The notes under the pieces are model-generated. The model ran no database searches and had not been told where the DNA came from. It saw only the letters and a program-made list of their open reading frames with translations. A stretch of DNA of 43,555 nucleotides. Origin: Deltaproteobacteria bacterium. GTDB taxonomy: Bacteria; Desulfobacterota; Binatia; UBA12015. Made by a program: the position numbers and the translations under genes. The stretch is taken from positions 1 to 43,555 of the forward strand of contig JAYGCM010000036.1 in the NCBI GenBank assembly GCA_046583355.1. Direction: 5' to 3'. Below are positions 9,079 to 16,836 of the stretch, piece by piece. Numbering within the stretch: position 1 is the stretch's first letter; each line of letters begins with the position of its first letter.

Positions 9079-10073
9079 TGGCTTCCATGTCGGCCTGGGT
9101 GGTGACGAGCAAGGGCGCGCCGCGCGACGTACTCGAATTGCGGGAGGTTCCCGTGCCCGAACCGGGTCCCGGTTTCCTGCGGCTGGCTGTCGATGCCGCG
9201 GCGATCGGGCTGCCGGATGTTCTGATGTGCCGCGGCACCTACCCGCTGACGCCGAGTGGAATTTTCACGCCCGGCCAGGAGGTCGTAGGAAGGGTGACTG
9301 CTGTCGGCGAAGGCGTCGATCCCCGCCTCCTCGGCACGCGGCGCCTCGGCGTGACGGCATTCTACCTTGGCTCGGGAGGTTTTGCGGCCGAGGCCCTGGC
9401 TGCCGAAGCCACCACCTTCGTTGCTCCGGACTGGCTGGCCGACCGCGACGCGGCCGGCTTCCATATTCCTTTCCTGACTGCCTGGATCGGTCTTGAGGAC
9501 CGCGGCGCTCTCGCCCGAGGCGAGCATCTGGTGGTGCTCGGCGCGGCCGGCGGCACGGGTGCTGCGGCGGTCCAACTCGGCCGCGCCCGTGGCGCCCACG
9601 TGATCGCCGTCGCCGGCGGTGCGGAGAAGACCGCCTTTTGTCGCGCCGCCGGGGCCGATATCGTGATCGACCATCGCAGTGGCGATCTCGTCGCGATGGT
9701 CCGCGACGCCACGGGCGGACACGGCGCCGATATCATCTTCGATCCAGTCGGCGGGAAAAGCGCCACAGCCCTGACGGCCGCGATGGCCAATCAGGGCCGC
9801 TTCTTGTTGGTCGGCTTCGCCAGCGGTGCCTGGCCGCAATTCAATCCAGTCGCCCTCGTACAGCATAATTTCTCTGTTGTCGGCGTCTTTGCCGGCGCCT
9901 ACGATCAGGCGCATGCCGAGGCCGCCTACGGCGTGATGTTGCCAATGCTGCAGGACGGCTCGCTGGCTTCCATCGTCACCCGCGAGATTCCCTTCACCGA
10001 CCTGCCCGAAGCGCTCGAATCGCTCGCCGACCGCTCCGCAATCGGCAAATGCATCGTCAAGCGCCAGCCCTGA
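9078..10073 (+). CDS. NADPH:quinone oxidoreductase (zinc-independent MDR family)
   Basis: PEPGPG, TPGQEVVG, VLGAAGGTGAAAVQLGR, ADIIFDPVGG motifs; start at TGATG overlap. Confidence 0.9.
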   Translation: MASMSAWVVTSKGAPRDVLELREVPVPEPGPGFLRLAVDAAAIGLPDVLMCRGTYPLTPSGIFTPGQEVVGRVTAVGEGVDPRLLGTRRLGVTAFYLGSGGFAAEALAAEATTFVAPDWLADRDAAGFHIPFLTAWIGLEDRGALARGEHLVVLGAAGGTGAAAVQLGRARGAHVIAVAGGAEKTAFCRAAGADIVIDHRSGDLVAMVRDATGGHGADIIFDPVGGKSATALTAAMANQGRFLLVGFASGAWPQFNPVALVQHNFSVVGVFAGAYDQAHAEAAYGVMLPMLQDGSLASIVTREIPFTDLPEALESLADRSAIGKCIVKRQP

Positions 10074-10116
10074 GAAGGCGCCACCAGCCGGCGCCCTCAC
10101 CGGTCACGCCGGGCGA

Positions 10117-10497
10117 TCAGTCCCAGAGCACGTCGATCTCGTAGTGCCGGAATGCGCTATCCCGTGTGGCGATCGGGCAGCGCTCGACCATCGCCTGCGC
10201 GATCAGGAGACGATCGAAGGGATCCTTGTGCAGGGGAGGGAGCCCGGCGACACGAAGCGTATGGGCGATCCGAACGGGCAACTCTCGGAAACCCGCCTCC
10301 AGAGCCGCCTCTTCGATCTCCTCGACATCGGCTCGGAGCTTGCCAAACGCGGCTTTGATCGCAACCTCCCAGGTGTTCACCGGGCTGATCAGAATATCGT
10401 TCGACGGCGAGCATAGATGGTCTCGCAGCGCGGACGGCAACCGCTCCGGCATCGCCAACGCCCAGAGGAGCGTGTGGGTGTCGAGTAGAAGCTTCAG
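10117..10497 (-). CDS. vapC: PIN-domain toxin (VapC family); probable CTG start codon
   Basis: Reads CTG-KLLLDTHTLLWAL...SPVNTWEVAIK...HKDPFDRLLIAQA...ATRD. Conserved LLDT lies upstream of the first canonical start (TTG 10458); CTG overlaps the antitoxin TGA. Confidence 0.88.
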   Translation of the reverse strand: MKLLLDTHTLLWALAMPERLPSALRDHLCSPSNDILISPVNTWEVAIKAAFGKLRADVEEIEEAALEAGFRELPVRIAHTLRVAGLPPLHKDPFDRLLIAQAMVERCPIATRDSAFRHYEIDVLWD

Positions 10498-10736
10498 GAC
10501 TCGCCCTTCCCCTCGAAGGCATCTAGAAGGTCATCAGGCAGGGGCGCATCGAAATCATCCGGCACCTCGAGGCGACCGGCCAGTGCGCCGAGTTGCCGCT
10601 TCGCCCCGGCCGAGCGCAGCGCGACGATGCGCGCCGCCGGCCGACCGTGGCGGGTGATGACGATCTCCTCGCCGGCAGCAGCACGCCGGACCAGCTTCGA
10701 GAGTGCGGCCTTCGCTTCGTAGATGCTGATATCCAT
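10494..10736 (-). CDS. Phd/YefM family antitoxin
   Basis: ISIYEAKAALSKLVRRAAAGEEIVITRHGRPAARIV, acidic tail DDFDAPLPDDLLDAF; immediately upstream of PIN toxin. Confidence 0.92.
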   Translation of the reverse strand: MDISIYEAKAALSKLVRRAAAGEEIVITRHGRPAARIVALRSAGAKRQLGALAGRLEVPDDFDAPLPDDLLDAFEGKGES

Positions 10737-10737
10737 C

Positions 10738-10765
10738 TGGTCAGACTAACTAGACCATTTTAGCA
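10738..10765 (-). promoter_or_regulatory. Putative TA autoregulatory operator and extended -10
   Basis: Inverted repeat TGGTC-N10-GACCA (10738-10757) directly upstream of antitoxin ATG; minus strand reads TGcTAAAAT overlapping its upstream edge. Confidence 0.45.
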
Positions 10766-10925
10766 GTTATGGCAACCCACGGAAACTGGGCGACACGAAG
10801 AAAACGCTAGAGGCGCGGCCGAAAAGTAGGGCTTGGCACAGGGGGCGTCAATTGCGGCTGCTGGCAAGGAACGCGACCGAGCAATCGCCGTGGTGGGCTA
10901 TTCCGAGAGAGCGTGCCGCGCGGAA

Positions 10926-13145
10926 TCATCGCGGTAGGGCGTAGGCGACGTATTGGCTGCCCGAGGGCTGGCCGAGCTTGCCGCCGCCGGCGGCGATGAC
11001 GACGAATTGGCGGCCGCCGGCCGCGTAGGTAGCGGGTGTGGCGAAGCCCGCCGCCGGGAGATCCGCTTCCCAAAGGAGTTGGCCGGTCGCTTTATCGAAG
11101 GCGCGGAATTTCGCATCGGGCGTCGCTGCCAGAAAAATCAGGCCACCCGCCGTGACGATCGGTCCACCGTAATTCTCCGCTCCCAGACCGCTGCGCCCGG
11201 CTTGGAGAATTGCCGGGTAGTCGCCGAGCGGAATCTGCCAGCGGATGCGGCCCGCACTGAGGTCGATCGCCGTGAGCGTGCCCCAAGGCGGCTTGGAGCC
11301 GGGCAGGCGTTCGGAATCGACCAGCTTCCGATAGCCGGCGTTCAGGAATTCTACTGGACCATCCACCGACGCCGTCCAATTCGCCGGCGCATCGTCGGCG
11401 TCGGCGAAGTAGACGAAGCCGGCGAGCGCGGCGACCTGCCACCACTCGGCCATCGCGCCGAATCCCGGCATGCGCCCTCGCCCGTCGCGCACCACCCGAT
11501 AAAGCTCGAGCAAGGACATCCGCTCCCCGATGTCGATAAGCGAGGGAATGTTCCCGCCATCGCCCTTCATATCCGTGCCATGGCAGGAAGCGCAGGCCAG
11601 CAGGTAGCCGCCCGACGGAGTCCGCAAGGCATCGACACCCGCCTCGATTGCGACCATCTGGAGGATATAGGGCACCTGGTTCGCATTCACGTAGAGCAGA
11701 CCGCTGGCGGCATCCCAGGCGGCACCACCCCATTCCGCGCCACCATCGAGCCCCGGGTATTGGATCGTGCCCTCGAGACTCGGCGGCATATAGAGCGAGC
11801 CGAAGCGCATCTTGCGAGCGCGTGCGGCAACGTCCGCGGCGGCGGCGGGCGTACGGTCGGTGACCAGATCGAGCGAGAAGCCGTGCCGCACGAAGGACTC
11901 AGGTAGTACCGGGATAGGCTGGCTCTGCGCCGCGACTTCGCCGGCGAGCACGTCGCCGACGACCGGCTCTTCGCGAATCGGGAAGAGAGGCTCGCCGGTT
12001 TCGCGGTGGAAGACGAAGGTATCACCGGTCTTGGTGACCTGCGCGACTGCCGGGATCCACTCGCCCGCTCGCTCGATCTCGACGAGATTCGGTGGCGCCG
12101 GCAGATCACGGTCCCAGATATCATGGCGCACAATCTGGTAATGCCAGCGCCGTTCGCCGGTCTTCGCATCGAGGGCAATGAGCGAATTTGCGAAGAGATT
12201 CTCCCCCGCGCGATCGGCGCCGTAGAAATCGAATGTTGCCGAGCCCGTCGGTGCGAAGACCAGCCCCCGCTCGACGTCGACACTCATCCCCGCCCAGGCA
12301 TTCGCCCCACCCACACGCTGCCAGGCGTCCGGCGGCCAGCTCTCGTGGCCGAATTCGCCCGGCTGCGGGATCGTATGGAAGATCCAGCGCTGCTGGCCCG
12401 TGCGTACATCGAAGGCTCGAATATGGCCGGGGGCGGCACCGGCCATCTCGTTTACCCGTCCGCCAACGATAAGCGTGTCTTCGAAAAGCGCCGGTGGCGT
12501 CGTCAGGACGACACCCATGATATCCCCGCCGACATCACGTCCGAGCCCGTCGCGCAGATCAATCCGCCCGCCGTCGCCGAAGTCGCGACACGCCCGTCCC
12601 GTCCGCGGGTCCAGCGCGTAGAGCCAGGAGCCGGCGCCGAAGAAGAGCCGTTCGTCGCGACCCCCCGCGAAATCTTGCGCGCAGCCCGTACGCGATTCGG
12701 CCGCGACCGCCGACTCCCAATAGACAGCACCGCGGCTCGCGGTCCACATCTCGACAGGAACCTGCGGATCGAAGCTCCACAACTCCTCGCCGGTGGCGGC
12801 ATCCAGAGCAAAAAACCGCAGGCTCGGCGATGCCGCGTAAAGGATACCCTTCACGATGAGCGGATTGAATTGGATCTGCGAGCCACCAGCCGAATGCGCG
12901 TCGCGCGCGTCATAACGCCAGGCGACCTCCAACTGAGCCACCGAGGCGCGGTCGATCTGGCTGAGCGGCGAAGCATGCTGCACGCCGGCGTCGCCCAGGT
13001 AGGTACGCCATTCCTGTTCGGGCGCGACCGCGTTGCGCGCTCGCGCAGCGAGCACGCGCGGCGTTGGATCCTCGCGGGGAGGCGCGCAGGCAATGGCGAG
13101 GAGCAGAAAAACGAGCAGCCAGCGATTGACGATAGTCACGATCAC
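10926..13145 (-). CDS. PQQ-dependent (glucose/quinate-type) dehydrogenase lipoprotein with inserted c-type cytochrome domain
   Basis: Lipobox LAIAC; PQQ propeller motifs (GGANAWAGMSVD, WHYQIVRHDIWDRDLP, GGAEWGG, PPWGTLTAIDL, ENYGGPIVTAGG); heme motif CASCH and GRMPGF. Start uncertain (GTG 13169/13145/13139). Confidence 0.88.
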   Translation of the reverse strand: MIVTIVNRWLLVFLLLAIACAPPREDPTPRVLAARARNAVAPEQEWRTYLGDAGVQHASPLSQIDRASVAQLEVAWRYDARDAHSAGGSQIQFNPLIVKGILYAASPSLRFFALDAATGEELWSFDPQVPVEMWTASRGAVYWESAVAAESRTGCAQDFAGGRDERLFFGAGSWLYALDPRTGRACRDFGDGGRIDLRDGLGRDVGGDIMGVVLTTPPALFEDTLIVGGRVNEMAGAAPGHIRAFDVRTGQQRWIFHTIPQPGEFGHESWPPDAWQRVGGANAWAGMSVDVERGLVFAPTGSATFDFYGADRAGENLFANSLIALDAKTGERRWHYQIVRHDIWDRDLPAPPNLVEIERAGEWIPAVAQVTKTGDTFVFHRETGEPLFPIREEPVVGDVLAGEVAAQSQPIPVLPESFVRHGFSLDLVTDRTPAAAADVAARARKMRFGSLYMPPSLEGTIQYPGLDGGAEWGGAAWDAASGLLYVNANQVPYILQMVAIEAGVDALRTPSGGYLLACASCHGTDMKGDGGNIPSLIDIGERMSLLELYRVVRDGRGRMPGFGAMAEWWQVAALAGFVYFADADDAPANWTASVDGPVEFLNAGYRKLVDSERLPGSKPPWGTLTAIDLSAGRIRWQIPLGDYPAILQAGRSGLGAENYGGPIVTAGGLIFLAATPDAKFRAFDKATGQLLWEADLPAAGFATPATYAAGGRQFVVIAAGGGKLGQPSGSQYVAYALPR

Positions 13146-13177
13146 GGTCGCGGCTACCCTAACGATCACGGTCGCGT

Positions 13178-14002
13178 CTAACGAGCCAGCCCTTCGAGGT
13201 GGGTCTGCCAATGGATCGCGTCGTTATGCGAATGCGTGAAACCGATCGAACGCTCGTATTCGACGGTGGCGAGCGAGCGGAAGGCGATCACATAGGTTCG
13301 TCGCAGGCGATTCGAGGTATTGCCGGCCGAGCCATGCACGATGCGTTCGTCATGCAAAGTCAGCGAGCCGCGGCGCACCGGCAAAAATTCCACCCGATCG
13401 TCGGCCCGCAGATCGATGCTGAGCGTATGGCCACCGTCGCGCAATCCGACATCGGATATCTGCACCGGCCTGTGTTCACGCAGCGATTCTTCCCGATGCG
13501 TGCCCGGCACGACCTGGAGACAACCGTTCTCCGCATCCGCGTCGTCCAGGGCCAGCGAGAGGGTAACGGTCTTGGTGTCCGGCGTGCCGGTCGGCCAATA
13601 GCCAAGATCCTGATGCCAGGCGAAGGCGGCATCGGCCTTGCCGGGCCTTTTCGTCAGGAATTGATCGTAATCAAGCGTCGCGTCGTCGCCGATGAGCCGG
13701 CGCGCAATCGCGAGCGCGCGGCATTCGAAAACATTGCCGGCGAGTTCCGGCGCATAGACACGCGGAAGCATGGCGTTGACGAGAGCGAAATCGCGGAAAG
13801 CGCGATCGTAGGGGCCGCTCATATCGCAAAAATCACGTCCCATACCGGCCACCTGGTCGTGCAGGAAAGAATTGAAGGTGTCTTCAAAGTTCGCGATCTC
13901 TGCCTCGGAGAGAACATTCTCGAGAATCGCGTAACCGTCCCGATGGAAACTCTCGACGAGATCCACCGGCAGAGAAATAATATCTTCGAGCAATTCTGCC
14001 AT
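13178..14002 (-). CDS. Phytanoyl-CoA dioxygenase (PhyH) family Fe(II)/2-oxoglutarate oxygenase
   Basis: FHRDGY, WHQD, ENGCLQVVPGTH, HGSAGNTS..RR motifs (HxD...H triad). Confidence 0.9.
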   Translation of the reverse strand: MAELLEDIISLPVDLVESFHRDGYAILENVLSEAEIANFEDTFNSFLHDQVAGMGRDFCDMSGPYDRAFRDFALVNAMLPRVYAPELAGNVFECRALAIARRLIGDDATLDYDQFLTKRPGKADAAFAWHQDLGYWPTGTPDTKTVTLSLALDDADAENGCLQVVPGTHREESLREHRPVQISDVGLRDGGHTLSIDLRADDRVEFLPVRRGSLTLHDERIVHGSAGNTSNRLRRTYVIAFRSLATVEYERSIGFTHSHNDAIHWQTHLEGLAR

Positions 14003-14193
14003 ACGCGTCTCCGCGCTCCTTGAAGGAGTCAGGAAAGCATAGAACGACTGGCACCACCCCGTCGATTCCGAGAAACGACAAAGCGCTTACGGTATCCCCC
14101 GCATGCACGCCCTGGTCGACGAGTCGCGCAAGCGTGCGGACCGAGATCGCACCGTCGACCACTCTGTTGCGTGCAGCAGCGTCACCATGCTCT

Positions 14194-14214
14194 ATAGTCA
14201 GTCTTCTTGTCCAA
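14194..14214. promoter_or_regulatory. Degenerate GTCAA-N5-TTGAC operator (box 1)
   Basis: ATA GTCAG TCTTC TTGTC CAA, 17 bp upstream of crotonase ATG 14232. Confidence 0.5.
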
Positions 14215-14231
14215 AAAAGAGGAAGGGTGCA

Positions 14232-15038
14232 ATGGAATACGAAACACTTGAGGTGCGCCGCGAGGACGCTGTGCTGTGGTGCACGCTCAACCGCCCCGAC
14301 TCGCTCAATGCCATGAACCCGCAGCTAGTGACCGAGCTGCGCGACCTCCTGAGCGAACTCGCAGACGATAATGTGACGCGCGTCGTCGTGCTGCGGGGTG
14401 CTGGTCGCGCGTTCTGCGCCGGCCTCGACCTCAAGGAGATGGGTTCGATGCAACGCCCCGGCGAGGCGCCTGGAATCCCCACGATGCTGCGTGTACAGCG
14501 CAGAATCGCTGAGATCGCGCTAATGATGCGCCGGCTTCCCCAGGTCTTCGTCGCCGGCGTGCAGGGAGCGGCGTGCGGGGGTGGCTTCATGCTGGCGCTC
14601 GCCTCCGACATCCGCATCGCAACCGAGAACGCGCGCATGAATGCGGCCTTCATCAAGATCGGCCTCTCGGGCTGCGATGTCGGTACCTCATACCTGCTAC
14701 CACGCCTGATCGGCGCTTCGCTTGCCGCCGAACTGATTCTCACGGGCCGCTTCATCGACGCGCCGCGCGCCGAAAGGCTTGGCCTCGTCTCTGCCGTGGT
14801 GCCGGCCGACCAGCTCGAGGCGGAACTGCGCGGACTCGTCGACGAATTGCTTGCGACGACACCCCTGGGCCTGCGCCTCAGCAAAGAGTGCCTGAACGCG
14901 AGCCTGGACATGAACAGCATGGAGGCTGTGGTGGCGATGGAGGATCGCAACCAGGTTCTCTGCGCGCAGACCGGTGATTTCCGGGAGAGCCTGCAGGCCT
15001 TTCGGGAAAAGCGCCCGGCGAAATTCCACGATGCGTGA
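14232..15038 (+). CDS. Enoyl-CoA hydratase/isomerase (crotonase) family
   Basis: TLNRPDSLNAM, RAFCAGLDL, GAACGGGFMLALASDIRIA, EKRPAKF; purine-rich RBS region (AGAGGAAGGG) before ATG 14232. Confidence 0.92.
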   Translation: MEYETLEVRREDAVLWCTLNRPDSLNAMNPQLVTELRDLLSELADDNVTRVVVLRGAGRAFCAGLDLKEMGSMQRPGEAPGIPTMLRVQRRIAEIALMMRRLPQVFVAGVQGAACGGGFMLALASDIRIATENARMNAAFIKIGLSGCDVGTSYLLPRLIGASLAAELILTGRFIDAPRAERLGLVSAVVPADQLEAELRGLVDELLATTPLGLRLSKECLNASLDMNSMEAVVAMEDRNQVLCAQTGDFRESLQAFREKRPAKFHDA

Positions 15039-15085
15039 AGACAAGGTTTTCGTCGTGCCGCGAAGCCCGGCCTGAAATCGAGTTG

Positions 15086-15514
15086 CTACGCGGAGCGGTC
15101 CGGTCCTGTCGGGATGTCCTGAAAGGCTATCCCCTTGTCGACGCGGGCCTCCGGCGGCAGTCCGAGAACGCGCTCGGCGACGATATTGCGGAGTACCTCG
15201 TCGGTGCCGCCAGCGATCCGCAGGGCTTCGGCCGCGCCATAGACAGTCGGGCCGAAGGGAATCGGGGCGAGTGCGCGTCCGAGTTCCTCGGCCATCAACG
15301 CCAACTCGAGATAGCCGAATCCGCTGCCCCCCGATGCCTCCGGGAGGGCGGTTCCGCACCAGCCGAGCTCCCCGATGCCTTGCCACAGCTCGGTCGCGTA
15401 GGGCGCATCCGATTCGAGCACTTCGCGACAGAGCGAGAGCGGCGCGCGAGCCACGAGAAACTCCCGAAAGGTCTGCTGGAGGAGCTTCTGATCCGCCGAG
15501 AAATCGAAATTCAC
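15086..15514 (-). pseudogene. Chimeric acyl-CoA dehydrogenase remnant (N-terminus of one ACAD fused in frame to an ACAD C-terminus)
   Basis: Only 142 aa: ACAD N-terminal helical region (MNFDFSADQKLLQ...LGWCGTALPEASGGSGFGYLELALMAEELGR) joined directly to ACAD C-terminal motif RIAGGTDEVLRNIVAERVLGLP; middle domain absent. Confidence 0.8.
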
Positions 15515-15537
15515 GGAAGCTCGCTGCCGCAGAATAT

Positions 15538-15566
15538 CCTATTGATCAACCTACTTGACCAATAGG
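15538..15566. promoter_or_regulatory. GTCAA-N5-TTGAC operator (box 2), extended palindrome
   Basis: CCTATTGATCAA CCTAC TTGACCAATAGG: 12-bp arms with one mismatch, upstream of ACAD start 15514, overlapping P450 stop codon. Confidence 0.7.
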
Positions 15567-16814
15567 GCTGATCGCGGGCGCAGGCCGCAATGTGCAGCGG
15601 ACGGGCAGCTTTTTCATCCCGACGATGAAACTCGAGTGGATCTGCTCGGCCGCGCCCGTCAACTCGATCGATTCGATGCGCGGTGCGAGTTCGCGCACGA
15701 AAGCCTGGATCGAACGGCGGGCGACGTTGGCGCCGAGGCAGAAATGCTCACCGATGCCGAAACCGATATGTGGGTTCGGGTCGCGGTCGACCCGAAAGGC
15801 GAAGGGATCATCGAAGATGTCTTCGTCCCGGTTCGCGGAGGCGTAGAAGAGCGCCAGCGCATCCCCCTCGCAGATTCGCTGTCCGCGAATTTCCGTGTCC
15901 CGTATAGCCGTGCGACGCATATGGTTGACCGGGTTGGTCCAGCGCACGATCTCTTCGGTCGCCGGAACCACCAGTTCCGCAGCGCGGCGCAATTTCACCA
16001 ATTCCGCCGGATGCTCGATCAACGCGCGCAGCCCACCGACAAGCGCGTTTTTTGTCGTATCGTGCCCCGCCGTGAAGATGATCAGGCAATAGCCGAAGGT
16101 CTCCATCGGCCCCATCGGTGCCCCATCGATCTCGGCGTTGGCAATCACGCTGACCAGATCGTCACGGGGCTCCTTGCGGCGATCTTCGAGCACGCTCGAG
16201 AAGAGTTCGAAGAGTTCCGCCCCGAGTTCTTCGCGACCGCGGTCCCGATCCTCGTCGGGACGCTGCATATCGGGATCCTCGGAGCCGAAGAGCTGGTTCG
16301 TCAGATGCAGAATATTATCTTCGGACTCGCGTGGCAGACCCAGCAGCGAGGTGAGAGTCCGCAGCGGGTGCCTCGGCGCGATATCGTTTGCGAAGTCGCA
16401 TTCGCCCCGCTCCATCCATTCGTCGATCAGGCTGCGGGCGGACTCTGCCATATGTTCATCGAGCCGCGCGATCGCACGCGGTGTGAACCACGCGCTCGTC
16501 ACGCGGCGAAATTTGAGATGGTCGGGCGGGTCCATCTCGATAATGGTTCGCATCCCGAAGGTCTTCTCGGTCGTCTGCCCGGCCCGAGACGCGTCGAGGA
16601 TCATGATGCCGGGCGCGTTGGCGAAGAGTTCGGGACGCCGGGAGACCTCGATGATATCGGTATACTTCGTGATTGCCCAGAAGGGCTCGAAGCCGGCGGG
16701 CTTGCAATATTGGACCGGAGACTCCTGGCGCATCTTCGTCCACGCTTCATGCGGCGGACCGCTGCGCCCATAACTCGCCGGGTCGACCAACACGCCGTCA
16801 TCTACGATGCTCAT
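15546..16814 (-). CDS. Cytochrome P450
   Basis: MDPPDH, I-helix FTAGHDTT, EEIVRW (ExxR), ANRDE, heme motif FGIGEHFCLG. Confidence 0.95.
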   Translation of the reverse strand: MSIVDDGVLVDPASYGRSGPPHEAWTKMRQESPVQYCKPAGFEPFWAITKYTDIIEVSRRPELFANAPGIMILDASRAGQTTEKTFGMRTIIEMDPPDHLKFRRVTSAWFTPRAIARLDEHMAESARSLIDEWMERGECDFANDIAPRHPLRTLTSLLGLPRESEDNILHLTNQLFGSEDPDMQRPDEDRDRGREELGAELFELFSSVLEDRRKEPRDDLVSVIANAEIDGAPMGPMETFGYCLIIFTAGHDTTKNALVGGLRALIEHPAELVKLRRAAELVVPATEEIVRWTNPVNHMRRTAIRDTEIRGQRICEGDALALFYASANRDEDIFDDPFAFRVDRDPNPHIGFGIGEHFCLGANVARRSIQAFVRELAPRIESIELTGAAEQIHSSFIVGMKKLPVRCTLRPAPAISPIGQVG

Positions 16815-16836
16815 GACCTGCTCCGCGGATTCGGCT

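Noticed and set aside
10738..10757. TGGTC-N10-GACCA as an eighth MarR box
   Set aside because: Spacing is off by one and inner bases differ; position at a TA promoter is better explained by antitoxin autoregulation.
10074..10925. TA module as a mobile element
   Set aside because: No transposase, integrase, terminal repeats or target duplication found around it.
13138..13176. 15-bp direct repeat ACGATCACGGTCGCG x2 (24-bp period)
   Set aside because: Only two copies with a 9-bp spacer; not CRISPR-like and no element between them; probably a small local duplication near the PQQ gene start.
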